Assembly: GCA_963775425.1 (NCBI GenBank)
Contig: CAVZJB010000006.1
Coordinates: forward strand, 64,001-128,000
From: an uncultured delta proteobacterium
Lineage (GTDB): Bacteria > Myxococcota > UBA727 > VGSZ01
Reading direction: 5' to 3'
DNA: 64,000 nt
Positions 10,347 to 21,829 of the stretch are shown here, one piece after another; position 1 is the first letter of the stretch; every line of letters begins with the position of its first letter. A program made the position numbers and the translations under genes. The notes beneath the pieces were generated by a model. It saw nothing but the letters and a program-made list of their open reading frames with translations. It did no database searches and was not told the origin of the DNA.

Positions 10347-11319
10347 GCAGGTCGCGGGCGGCGCGGGCGGGGCTCAGCGTGCCGTCGCGGACGGCGGCGA
10401 CGGCGGCGGCGGCGCGCGGGTCGGCGCGGAGGTCGCGCAGGAGCGCGGCTTCGACCGCGCGCCACAGCGCGTGCTCGGCCTGTTCGGCGCGGCGGGCGTC
10501 GAGGGCGCCGGCGGCCTCGAGGGCGCGGCGGTGGTCGGTCACGGCGCGCCAGACCTCGTCGACGCCGGCGCCCGCCCTGGCGCTCGCGAGCAGGACGGGC
10601 ACCCGCCAGCCGGCGAGGGGGCGGAGGAACATGCGCGAGCCCACGTCGTAGTCGTCGCGTGTGCGCCGCGCGGCCTCTTCGAAGTCGCCGTCGGCTTTGT
10701 TGACGACGATGACGTCGACGAGCTCGAGGACGCCGCGCTTGACGCCCTGCAGCTCGTCACCGCCGGCGGGCGCCACGAGGAGCACGAAGGTGTCGACGAC
10801 GTCGCGCACGGCGGCCTCGCTCTGGCCGACACCGACGGTCTCGACGACGACGACGTCGAAGCCGGCGGCCTCGCACAGCAGGAGCGCGTCGCGCGTGGCC
10901 GGCGCCGTGCCGCCGAGCGCCCCCGCCGACGGCTGCGGCCGCACGAAGGCGCGCGGGCTCTGCGCGAGGGACTCCATGCGGGTCTTGTCGCCGAGGAGGG
11001 AGCCCCTGCTCACCGTCGACGACGGATCGACCGCGAGCACGGCGACGCCGCCCCCGCCGGCCCGCGCTGCCACGGCCGGGTCGGGGGGGGCGCCGAGGAG
11101 GTGGCGGCCGAGGGTCTCGATGAACGTCGACTTGCCGACCCCCGGCGTGCCCGAGACCCCCACGCGCAGCGCGTTGCCCGTGAGCGGCAAGGCGCGCTCG
11201 AGGAGGCGCTCGGCGGCGTCACGGTCGTCGTCCCGGGTGCTCTCGACGAGCGTGATGGCGCGCGCGAGGGCGCGGCGGTCGCCGGCGCGGAGCTTGTCGA
11301 AGAGGTCGTCGGCGTTCAC
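10330..11319 (-). CDS. meaB: Methylmalonyl-CoA mutase-associated GTPase MeaB
   Basis: ALARAITLVES, GTPGVGKST, AVDPSS, LLGDKTRM, ETVGVGQSE, GDELQGVKRG, NKAD. Confidence 0.95.
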   Translation of the reverse strand: MNADDLFDKLRAGDRRALARAITLVESTRDDDRDAAERLLERALPLTGNALRVGVSGTPGVGKSTFIETLGRHLLGAPPDPAVAARAGGGGVAVLAVDPSSTVSRGSLLGDKTRMESLAQSPRAFVRPQPSAGALGGTAPATRDALLLCEAAGFDVVVVETVGVGQSEAAVRDVVDTFVLLVAPAGGDELQGVKRGVLELVDVIVVNKADGDFEEAARRTRDDYDVGSRMFLRPLAGWRVPVLLASARAGAGVDEVWRAVTDHRRALEAAGALDARRAEQAEHALWRAVEAALLRDLRADPRAAAAVAAVRDGTLSPARAARDLLRAKP

Positions 11320-11891
11320 GGGCGCCTCCGGGCCGGCGCGGGCGAGCCCCGAACGAGCTGCGCGAGGCGGGCGCGGGCGCCGCGGTCGCGGACGTCGTCG
11401 AGGAGCTCGCCGACCTTCTCGGCGTCGATGAGCCCGCGCGCGCGCAGCTCGCTCAGGTCGCCCGCGTCCTTGGCGGCGCGATCGGGGTCGACGGCGGGAT
11501 CGGTGACGAGCTTGTGCGCGACGAGGTGCGCGAGCGGCCACACCGGGAGCAGCTTGCCGAAGAGCTCCTTGCGCGTGGCCGCCATCAGCGCCAACGACTC
11601 GACGCCGAGCGCGGGGAACAGCAGGTCGACGCGCGCCTCCGGGTTCTTCACGTCCGGCACCACGGTGTAGTGGAACGGCTCCATGGCCGCGAGGGGGACC
11701 ATGCCGCGCCGGGTGAGCCTCTCGAGGAGCTCCTCGCGCACGTCGTCGGCGATGAACACGTCGACGTCGGCGGTGGCGCGCTCGTAGCCGTGGACACCCA
11801 TGGCCACCGCGCCGCCGACGGCCCAATCGGCGCCGAGCGCGTCGAGCTCACGCGCGCACTGCAGCACGGCGCGGCGCACCTTCGGGGTCAC
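11316..11891 (-). CDS. Pol-beta-superfamily nucleotidyltransferase (AbiEii/DUF6036-like)
   Basis: WAVGGAVAM..HG..RATADVDVFI, VDLL, LVAHKL, and a KD..DL C-terminal motif. Confidence 0.8.
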   Translation of the reverse strand: MTPKVRRAVLQCARELDALGADWAVGGAVAMGVHGYERATADVDVFIADDVREELLERLTRRGMVPLAAMEPFHYTVVPDVKNPEARVDLLFPALGVESLALMAATRKELFGKLLPVWPLAHLVAHKLVTDPAVDPDRAAKDAGDLSELRARGLIDAEKVGELLDDVRDRGARARLAQLVRGSPAPARRRP

Positions 11892-12715
11892 GCGCGCTCC
11901 CGCAGCCGTCGCTCGGCCGTCGCGCGGTCGAGCGCGGGCGCCTCGAGCGGGACGGCGGCGATCATGTCGCGCACGGCGTCGGCGTCGACGGCGCCCGAGG
12001 CGAGCAGCGCGCGCGCGTCGGCCTCGTCGTGGGCGCCACGGCCGGCGAGCTTCGCGGCGCAGAGGTCGACGGCGTCGAGGAAGGGGAGCGTGGCGCCGTC
12101 GAGGGCGCGGCGCACCGGGCGCTCGACCGCGGAGCAGAGCGGCTCGAAGAGCGGGAACACCACGTCGACGTGGTCGAGCGGCGAGCGCGCGCCCTCGGGG
12201 AACACCAGGAACGACGTCGACGACAGCTTGCCCACCGCCGCGCCCGCCTCACGAAAGAGCTCGAGCGCGCGCCGGTCGGCGTCGGCGATGAACAAATCGA
12301 CGTCGACGGTGGGCCGGCGCACACCGTGCGCGGCGAGCGCCATGGCGCCGCCGATGGCCCAGCGCACGCCGGCGTCGTCGAGGCCTCCGGCGAGCGAGCG
12401 CACGAGCTCCCACGCGCGTCGATCGCCGTCTCCCGCGGGGCGCCGTCGTCGATCGGCGCGCGCGGGGGCCGCCGCGGCCCGGCGACGCCGGCTGCTCGAC
12501 GCACGCAAGCCGAGCTCGGCGGCGAGCGTGGGGTGGCGCGCCAGGAGGCCGAGGAGGATCTCGAGCTGCGCCCCGGGCTTCACCGCGCCGTGCCGCACCT
12601 TGCTGAGGTAGCCGGCGGACAAGCCGAGGGCGCGCTCGAGGTCGGCGGCGGTGACGCCGCGCCTGGTGATGCGCGCGATGTCTCGCGGCGGGCTCGAGCG
12701 CGGCTTGCGGGGCAC
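11888..12715 (-). CDS. XRE/MqsA-like HTH fused to a nucleotidyltransferase domain
   Basis: N-terminal TAADLERALGLSAGYLSKVRHG...LLGLLARHP. C-terminal WAIGGAMAL..HG..RPTVDVDLFI, VDVV, LCAAKL, R..D..DA. Confidence 0.8.
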   Translation of the reverse strand: MPRKPRSSPPRDIARITRRGVTAADLERALGLSAGYLSKVRHGAVKPGAQLEILLGLLARHPTLAAELGLRASSSRRRRAAAAPARADRRRRPAGDGDRRAWELVRSLAGGLDDAGVRWAIGGAMALAAHGVRRPTVDVDLFIADADRRALELFREAGAAVGKLSSTSFLVFPEGARSPLDHVDVVFPLFEPLCSAVERPVRRALDGATLPFLDAVDLCAAKLAGRGAHDEADARALLASGAVDADAVRDMIAAVPLEAPALDRATAERRLRERA

Positions 12716-12818
12716 TTTGGAAAGATTCCAAATCCCCGTCGAGGCCGCAACCGGATCAGCGACCGGAGGGCGCGGCCGCGCTTGATCGGGGGTGCGGGCC
12801 GCCGGGAGGGGCTCACAG

Positions 12819-13238
12819 AGGCTGACGCGTAACGTGATCCATCGGGATCCGCGTCATCGAGAGCGCCGCGAGTGGCGACGAGGGAGCCACCCGGAAGGGG
12901 ACGGTGCTACGGCCACACGGCGGAGCGGAAAGGAGCTCCGAGCTCGGCGACGAAGACGCGCGCCGAGTTGAGCGCCGGGGCGCCGAGCTCTCCGCTCCTT
13001 TCCGCTCCGGCGGTGGCGACGTTGTCTAGCCTTCGCTAATTCCGAGCGCCCAAGCACTCGCAACTACGTACGGGGCTAGCGAAGGTGACGACGGTCGCCC
13101 TGATGGCAGCCGTGGCGTTTCCTCACAACCTGCCGCGGTTCTTGCGCGCCGACGTGCCTCGCCACGTACTCCGCGCGGCGAGCCACCTTGTGGGCGGCTT
13201 CGCCGAGTGCTGCTACGAGCCATATCTTTCGTCAGCCT
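12819..13238 (-). ncRNA. Candidate ~420-nt structured RNA or MITE-like element
   Basis: 9-bp terminal inverted repeat, a perfect 16-bp stem plus a 10-bp stem, and several further hairpins whose mismatches become G-U pairs only on the minus strand. No credible ORF. Confidence 0.5.
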
Positions 13239-13239
13239 T

Positions 13240-15297
<2,058 letters not shown>

Positions 15298-15438
15298 GCG
15301 CCGGTCATGCCTCGGCCGCCGGCCAAGTAAACCCGGGCCGACGGCGGCAGGACCGGTCACGGCCGCTTCGCGGCGCGGCGCGCCACGGCCGGGGCGCGCG
15401 CCGTCTCTATGGCGCGTCCTCCCGCCGGCGAGGAAGCG

Positions 15439-15906
15439 TCACTCGTCCAGCAGCGCCTTCGCGGCGGCGACGTCGTCGCGGTCGAGCGCCGCGCGCGCTT
15501 GGCGCATGCGGCGCCGCAGCGATCGCACCGCGGCGTACGTGCGCGCGCGCGACAGGATCTCGTCGGCGCGGAACGGCTTTGTCACGTAGTCGTCGCCGCC
15601 GGCAGCGAAGCCGCGGATGCGATCGGCGCTCTCTTCGAGCGCCGTGACGAACAGGATGGGCACGTCGCCGTGGGTCCGGCGCAGGCGCCGGCAGGTCTCG
15701 AAGCCGTCGATGCCGGGGAGCACCACGTCGAGCAGGATGACGTCGGGGTCCACCCGCGCGGCGGTGCTCAGCGCGTCCTCGCCGTCCTCGGCCACCAACA
15801 CGCGGAAGCCGGCGCGCCCGAGCACCTCGACGAGCACGTCGAGGTTGTCGGGGCGGTCATCGACGATGAGCGCCGTCAGCGGCGCCTTGTTCGCCGCGGC
15901 GTTCAT
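15439..15906 (-). CDS. Single-domain response regulator
   Basis: LIVDD, ILLDVVLPGIDG, FVTA, DYVTKPF. Confidence 0.9.
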   Translation of the reverse strand: MNAAANKAPLTALIVDDRPDNLDVLVEVLGRAGFRVLVAEDGEDALSTAARVDPDVILLDVVLPGIDGFETCRRLRRTHGDVPILFVTALEESADRIRGFAAGGDDYVTKPFRADEILSRARTYAAVRSLRRRMRQARAALDRDDVAAAKALLDE

Positions 15907-18026
15907 GACTCGTCCCCGAGCAGGCTGCGGATGGCGCGCACCTGAAACCGCGAGGCCAACCGCGCGAGGCGCTCGGCGAAGGCGGCGGTGGCGTCGTCCC
16001 CCGCGAGGTCGCGCGCCTTGGCCTGGAGCGCTGCGACGTCGCCGTCGCGGGCGAGGGCGAGCAGCTCGTCACGCAGCGGCCCCGTGAGCGTCGTCGCCAC
16101 GGGCGCCGGCGCGGCGCGGCCGGGCGCGGCGGGCGCGGGGGCGTCGACCACCGGCGCAGGGACGTCGACGACGAACGCCGCCCCCGTCAACGGTGGGGAA
16201 GCGTCGCCGAGCGAGAGCGTGCCGGCCATCGCCTCCACGAGCTGACGCGCGATGGCGAGCCCGAGGCCGGCGCCGTCGGTGGGCGCGAGTTGGAAGAACG
16301 GCTCGAAGATGCGCGCGCGCGCCTCCTCGGGGACGCCGGGGCCGCCGTCTTCGACGACGATGCGCGCGCGCGCGCCTTCCTGGCGAACGCGGATGGCCAC
16401 GCGGCCCGCGCCGTACTTGGCGGCGTTGCCGACGAGGTTGGCGAGGACCTGGCGCAGCACGCGGCGGTCGACGAGCACGGTGGTGTGCGCGTCGCATTCG
16501 ACGGTGGCGGTGATGCCGCGCCGGTCGAGATCGGCGCGGTGGAAGAGCAGGACGTCGTCGATGAGCGTCGCCAGGCTCGCCGGCTCCCGCACGAGCGCCG
16601 CCGCCAACGACGGCGCCGCCTGCGCCCCTTCGGCGCCGTCGTGCCGCGCCGCGACGAGGAGGGACTCGATGAGCGCCAAGAGGTGCTCGCCCGCGACCGC
16701 GATGACGTCGGCGCGTCGCGCTACGTCGTCGCGCGCGCCGACGTGCTCTTTGTCCGCGAGCACGCGGGCGTGGTGGAGGATGGCGTTCAGCGGCGTCTTG
16801 AGCTCGTGGCTCATGGCGGCGAGGAAGACGCTCTTGGCGCGGCTGTCGGCGTCGGCGCGCTCGAGCCTCTGCAGCGGGCGCAGCGCGCTCACCTCGGCGA
16901 GCCGCGGCACCGCGACGAGGACCAGCAGCGTCGTGATCACCATGACCACGGCGGCGAGCCACGCGACCTCGTCGACCGCGACGCGCGCCTCGAGGTACGA
17001 GAAGCCCGCGGCGACGCGGCGGCCGGCGGCGTCGGTGGCGAGGGCGATCACGGCGGCGTTCGCGGGCGTCACCTCGTCCGCGCCGTCGGCGGCGACGACG
17101 GCGCCGTCGGCCTCGCCCCGGGCCGCGCGGGTGAACACGAGGCCACGCGGGTGCTCCCCGTTCGCGGCGAGGGCGGCGTCCGCGGCGCGGCCGGCGGCGG
17201 CGCTCCCCTCGATGCGCGCCACGGCGCCCTCGGCGACGGCCGCGGTGGAGCCGAGCACGACGACGAGGACGAGGGCGGCGACGCGATCGGGGAAGCCCGT
17301 GAGCGCGTCGGTCTGTCGCACGAACACGAGCAACGCCGCCAGCGTCACCCACAACATGTACGCGGTGTACGTGCCCGCCGGCAGGCCGTGGGCCTGTGCC
17401 TCCGCACGATTGACGACGACGCCGGCGATGGCGGCGATCACGACGCACGCGAACGCGAGCGCGCTCATGCGCGGACCGCCGGAGAGCGCGCGCGCCTTGC
17501 GAAGCAGGACGAACAGCGCGGTGCCGTACGAGCCCACGAGCACCGCCGGGATGAGCGGGATGAGCGGGTCGAACGCACGCGTCGAACGCTGGGCGTGCTC
17601 GGCGACGAAGTTGTAGTGGACCTCGCCCGCCCCGGTGCCGATGAGATCCATGACGATGGCCGCCGCGGCCAGCGAGGACACCGCCAGCGTCACGCGCACG
17701 GCGACGCGCTCTTCACGCGGGAACCTGTGCCCGAGGAAGGCGTAGCTGAACGCGACCAGCGGCGGCGCCGACAACAAGACCGAGACCGACTGGATGCCGT
17801 AGTTGCACAGGTACGACAGCCGCTTGTCGAGGAGCGACATCATCAGCGTCTGCCCGAGCGCGAGGACGCCGAGGGCGGCGAAGAACAGCGCGAGCGGGAG
17901 GGCGGCGAAGGGGTCGCCTGCGCCGCGACGCCACACGCGCAGCACGTACACCATGCAGACCAGGTCGATGAGGGCGACGGGGACGGCGCCGAGGGCCCCG
18001 GCCCCGACGAGGAACGACGGCGTCAC
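15903..18026 (-). CDS. Multi-TM sensor histidine kinase
   Basis: FLAAMSHELKTPL H-box, NLVGNAAKY, DGGPG, GAGLGLAI; about 8-9 TM segments in the N-terminal half. Confidence 0.9.
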   Translation of the reverse strand: MTPSFLVGAGALGAVPVALIDLVCMVYVLRVWRRGAGDPFAALPLALFFAALGVLALGQTLMMSLLDKRLSYLCNYGIQSVSVLLSAPPLVAFSYAFLGHRFPREERVAVRVTLAVSSLAAAAIVMDLIGTGAGEVHYNFVAEHAQRSTRAFDPLIPLIPAVLVGSYGTALFVLLRKARALSGGPRMSALAFACVVIAAIAGVVVNRAEAQAHGLPAGTYTAYMLWVTLAALLVFVRQTDALTGFPDRVAALVLVVVLGSTAAVAEGAVARIEGSAAAGRAADAALAANGEHPRGLVFTRAARGEADGAVVAADGADEVTPANAAVIALATDAAGRRVAAGFSYLEARVAVDEVAWLAAVVMVITTLLVLVAVPRLAEVSALRPLQRLERADADSRAKSVFLAAMSHELKTPLNAILHHARVLADKEHVGARDDVARRADVIAVAGEHLLALIESLLVAARHDGAEGAQAAPSLAAALVREPASLATLIDDVLLFHRADLDRRGITATVECDAHTTVLVDRRVLRQVLANLVGNAAKYGAGRVAIRVRQEGARARIVVEDGGPGVPEEARARIFEPFFQLAPTDGAGLGLAIARQLVEAMAGTLSLGDASPPLTGAAFVVDVPAPVVDAPAPAAPGRAAPAPVATTLTGPLRDELLALARDGDVAALQAKARDLAGDDATAAFAERLARLASRFQVRAIRSLLGDES

Positions 18027-18682
18027 CGTTTGATCCCGGGGGCGGGCGCCGCCGTGCGTTGCACGAGCACCCGCGCCACGAGCGCGGCGCGGCTCTGCAC
18101 GCGGAAGTGCCGGTACACGGCCTTGACGTAGTCGTGCACGGTGTGCGGGCTGAGGCCGAGGCGCGCCGCGATCTCCTTTTCGGCGAGGCCTTCGCAGAGC
18201 CCCTCGAGCGTCTGGCGCAGCCGGGGCGACAGCCCGGCCTCGCCGTCGCCGCCGGCCGCGGGACCGGCCGCGCCCGGTGCGGCCCCGCCGCCGTCGTCGT
18301 CGCGCACGTCGCCGTCACCGGCCTCGCTCGGGAGCCGCACCACGAGCATCGCCTGCAGGCCGTGCGCGCTGTCGGCGCCGGCCAGCGGCACGACGTCGAC
18401 GCTGGCGTCCACGGCGCCGGCCCTTCCCCGGAGGTGCTGGACGGCGCCGGCGGGCGCGTCGCGCACGACGCCCAGGAGCTCGGCGGCGGCGGCGCCGTAG
18501 GCGTCCTCCTCGGCGTAGCCGAAGGTGACGGCGGCGGCGGCGTTCCAGGCGCGGATGCGCCCCTCGCCGTCGACGCCGAGCACGGGATCCGGCAGCGCGT
18601 GGATCATGGCGAGGAGGAACGCGTCGTCGCGCACGGGCCGAGGATAGCCGTGAAGGCGCTCGGGCGCCCGGGGTCCGGGCAA
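18023..18682 (-). CDS. PAS-LuxR family transcriptional regulator
   Basis: PAS WNAAAAVTFGY and LuxR HTH GLAEKEIAARLGLSPHTVHDY. Start codon uncertain. Confidence 0.85.
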   Translation of the reverse strand: MPGPRAPERLHGYPRPVRDDAFLLAMIHALPDPVLGVDGEGRIRAWNAAAAVTFGYAEEDAYGAAAAELLGVVRDAPAGAVQHLRGRAGAVDASVDVVPLAGADSAHGLQAMLVVRLPSEAGDGDVRDDDGGGAAPGAAGPAAGGDGEAGLSPRLRQTLEGLCEGLAEKEIAARLGLSPHTVHDYVKAVYRHFRVQSRAALVARVLVQRTAAPAPGIKR

Positions 18683-18736
18683 ACGGCGGGAGCCCCTCCC
18701 CGGGGCTCCCGCCCGGCGGCCGCGGCCCCGACGGCG

Positions 18737-20641
18737 TCACCGCGTCTTGAGCTTCCAGGACTGCCGGAAGGACTCGCCCGGCTTCAGGCGCACCGTGCGC
18801 GTCTCGTCGACGCCGGCGCCCTCCTGCACGAGGTGGATCTTGTGCGCGCCGGGGACGAGCTGGAGCTTGGAGACCGGCGTGGAGTCGACGTATTTGCCGT
18901 CGACGTAGAGCTTGGCCCACGGCTTGGTGTCGAGCGTGAACGAGGCGGGCTTGGGTGTGTCGGCGCCGGCGGCCGTCGTCGGCGTCGGCGTCGGCGCGCG
19001 CCGGTGCTCGACCTTCTCCAGCTTGAGCGCGCGGGCCGCGTCTTGTCCGCGCGCGAGCGTGACCGAGAGCTCGGCGAGGTAGGTGGCACGGCCGCGGACC
19101 GCCGTGGCGCGGAGCGTGTGCGCGCCGGGCGCGAGGTCCTTGAGCTGCAGCGGCGCCTTGCCGGCGTGCTTTCCGTCGACGAGCAGCTCGGCGCCCGCGA
19201 TGCTCGTGGTCACCGAGAGCGTCGCGCGCTTCTCCGTGAGCGCCCACAGGAGCGGCTTCATCTGCCCGGCAGAGAGCGTGACCTTCTCGCTGCGCGTCTC
19301 GTAGCCCTCCGCCTCCGCCTCGACCTCGTGCTCCACGCCCGGCGCGACGTCGACGGTGACGGGGGTCTTGCCGACCTCTTTGCCGTCGATGCGGACCACC
19401 GCGCCGGTCGGCTGCGTGTCGATGGCGACCTTGGGCGACACGGTCCTCACCGGCGCGGGTGCCGCCGCCGCCGCGGCCTCCGGCGCGGGCGGCTGCGGCC
19501 ACAGGATCACCGCCGCGGCGACGACGGCGAGCAGGAGGGCGAGCCCTGCCCCGGCCGCGATGCCCAGGCGCGCGCGCGACGCCGGCACCTCGCGGCGCGC
19601 GGCCCCGGTGGGCCCCGTCGGCGGCGGGTGCTGCTGCGCGAGGTTGATGACGAAGTTGTTGGCGCCCGTCGGCGTGAGGTCGACGGTCTTGGCCTCGATC
19701 TCTTCGCCGAGCGTCTCCTTGACGAACGTGGCGGTGCGCGCCTGCGCGTTCTTCATGCCGCCCGATTCCAGGAAGCCCTTGAGGTCGGCGGCGCACTCCG
19801 CGAGCGACGGGTAGCGCTGCTCGCGGTCGCGCGCGAGCATGCGCGCCACGCAGCGCTCGAGGCGGGGAGGGACGCCCGCGGTCTGCGTCGACAACAGCGG
19901 GATGGGGCGGTTGATCACCGAGCGCAGGATGTCGATCTCGCTCTGGCCGGTGAACAGCTTCTGCCGCGCCAACAGCTCCCAGAGCACCACGCCGAGGGCG
20001 AACTGATCGGCGCGGCCGTCGAGCTCCGCGCCCTGCACCTGCTCGGGCGACATGTACTGCACCTTGCCCTTGAGCAGGCCGGTGGCGGTGCGGGAGGTGC
20101 GGTTGGCGGCCTTGGCGATCCCGAAGTCGACGACCTTGGTGACGCCGTCGGTGCGCACCATGATGTTCTGCGGGCTGATGTCCCGGTGCACGATGTTCTG
20201 GGGCTTGCCGTGGATATCCTCGGCCTTGTGCGCGTGGTCGAGCGCGTGGGCGGCGTCGTGCACGATGAAGGCGGCGACGTCGACGGGGACGCCCGTCTTC
20301 ATGCGGCCGGCGGCGCGCTGCAGGCGGGAGAGGTTGTCACCGCGGATGTACTCCATGGCGATGAAGTACGTGCCGTTCCACGAGCCGACCTCGTAGATGC
20401 TCACGATGTTCGGGTGGTTGAGCGTGGCCGCGACCTTGGCCTCGTCGAGGAATTGCTCGACGAACTCCGGCTGCTGCGCGAGGTCGGGCAGGAGGGACTT
20501 GAGGATCACGAGGCGGTCAAAGCCGGCCACCGCCGACTGGCGGGCGAGGAACACCTCGCCCATGCCACCCACGGCCAGGCGACGGATGATCTGGTAGCGG
20601 CCGAAGACCAGCTCGCTCGTCGGCGTCGTCGTCGTGACCAC
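18737..20641 (-). CDS. Membrane Ser/Thr protein kinase with PEGA domains
   Basis: LAVGGMGEV, HRDISPQN, DFG, GKVQYMSPE, a TM helix, then PEGA repeats (TQPTGAVVRIDG..GKTP). Confidence 0.93.
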   Translation of the reverse strand: MVTTTTPTSELVFGRYQIIRRLAVGGMGEVFLARQSAVAGFDRLVILKSLLPDLAQQPEFVEQFLDEAKVAATLNHPNIVSIYEVGSWNGTYFIAMEYIRGDNLSRLQRAAGRMKTGVPVDVAAFIVHDAAHALDHAHKAEDIHGKPQNIVHRDISPQNIMVRTDGVTKVVDFGIAKAANRTSRTATGLLKGKVQYMSPEQVQGAELDGRADQFALGVVLWELLARQKLFTGQSEIDILRSVINRPIPLLSTQTAGVPPRLERCVARMLARDREQRYPSLAECAADLKGFLESGGMKNAQARTATFVKETLGEEIEAKTVDLTPTGANNFVINLAQQHPPPTGPTGAARREVPASRARLGIAAGAGLALLLAVVAAAVILWPQPPAPEAAAAAAPAPVRTVSPKVAIDTQPTGAVVRIDGKEVGKTPVTVDVAPGVEHEVEAEAEGYETRSEKVTLSAGQMKPLLWALTEKRATLSVTTSIAGAELLVDGKHAGKAPLQLKDLAPGAHTLRATAVRGRATYLAELSVTLARGQDAARALKLEKVEHRRAPTPTPTTAAGADTPKPASFTLDTKPWAKLYVDGKYVDSTPVSKLQLVPGAHKIHLVQEGAGVDETRTVRLKPGESFRQSWKLKTR

Positions 20642-20725
20642 GGATGGAGTGTAGGCGCATCGCGCGGCGGCTGTCGCGCGGCGGACGCTCCGCCTCGCTG
20701 CGACGGCCGCGGTAGCATCAGCGCG

Positions 20726-21829
20726 ATGAACGTCGCCCTCGCCGTCGCGCTCGCTGTTGTCGTCGTCGCAGGTGGGCGCGCGAAGAAGCACACACCGCCT
20801 CCGCCCGCGCCCGCGCCCGCGGCGCACGACGCGGACGCGCCGCCGCCGCGGGACCCGGCGCTCGCCTCGGTGTCGACGGCGGAGCTGATGCAGCGCGCCA
20901 AGGAGCTCCACGATCAGCTCGAGTACGACAAGGTGCTTCCTCTGGTCACCGAGATCCTGACGCGGGGCGACGCCGTGCCCATCGACACGCAGCTCGACGC
21001 GTACGTGCTCGAGGGGAGCTGCCTGGCCATCACGGGCAAGCCCATCGACGCCGAGGGGCCTTTTCGTCGCCTGCTGCGCGGCCGCCCCGACTTCGATCTG
21101 CCGAACGACACACCGCCGAAGATCCTCTCGGTGTTCCGCAAGGTGCAGGCGGAGGAGCAGGCCATCGCGCGCCAGATGGAAGAGCTGACGCGCAAGCGCA
21201 TCATCAAGGGCATGCAGCTCATCGGTGACGTCCCCGACACGCTCAAGGGCGGCCGCCCCATCGTGTTCGACTACCTGCTCAAGGATCCGGCGCTGGCGGT
21301 GACCACCGTGCGCGTGCAGTACAGGAAGAAGGGCGAGACCGCGTACTCGTCGCTGGCGCTCAAGAGCGCCGAAGGGCGCTGGCGCGGTCGGATCCCCGGC
21401 GAGTGGACCGCGAACGAGGGAGGCGCGCAGCTCCAGATGTACGTCGAGACGCTCGACGCCACGGGCCCGCTGCTCACCGTCGGCGCCGCGGGCGCGCCCG
21501 TGGTTCGTGACATCGCGCCCGGTGAGGTGGACCACAGCGCGCCGCCGCCGCTTCCGCCGTGGAGCGTGTGGGTCGGCGCCGGCACAACCGCGGCGCTCGC
21601 GCTCGCCGGCGGGGGCTTCGCCGCCGGCTTCGTCGTCGAGCAGCAGGCGTACAAGGACCAGGCGGAGCGCGCCACGCGCGTGGCGCAGCCGGGCGCGGAG
21701 CTGCGCGACAAGCGGGAGCTCGGCGAGGCCTTCGGCTTGTCGGCCAACGGGCTGTTCATCGCTTCGGGCGTCGCCGCGTTGAGCACCACGGCGGCGGCGC
21801 TCTTGTTCACCGACTGGGTCAGCCCTTGA
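20726..21829 (+). CDS. Exported TPR-like protein with C-terminal hydrophobic helices
   Basis: Signal-like N-terminus, a helical TPR-like region and PPKI motif, then a beta domain and C-terminal TM pair typical of myxobacterial proteins. Confidence 0.65.
   Translation: MNVALAVALAVVVVAGGRAKKHTPPPPAPAPAAHDADAPPPRDPALASVSTAELMQRAKELHDQLEYDKVLPLVTEILTRGDAVPIDTQLDAYVLEGSCLAITGKPIDAEGPFRRLLRGRPDFDLPNDTPPKILSVFRKVQAEEQAIARQMEELTRKRIIKGMQLIGDVPDTLKGGRPIVFDYLLKDPALAVTTVRVQYRKKGETAYSSLALKSAEGRWRGRIPGEWTANEGGAQLQMYVETLDATGPLLTVGAAGAPVVRDIAPGEVDHSAPPPLPPWSVWVGAGTTAALALAGGGFAAGFVVEQQAYKDQAERATRVAQPGAELRDKRELGEAFGLSANGLFIASGVAALSTTAAALLFTDWVSP

Noticed and set aside
12819-13238. Cobalamin riboswitch, RNase P RNA, tmRNA, group II intron or retron msr-msd
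   Set aside because: Only scattered short matches (GCCAC..GGAAG, GAGGAAA) in the wrong order. It lies downstream, not upstream, of the mutase; there is no domain V and no reverse transcriptase in the window.
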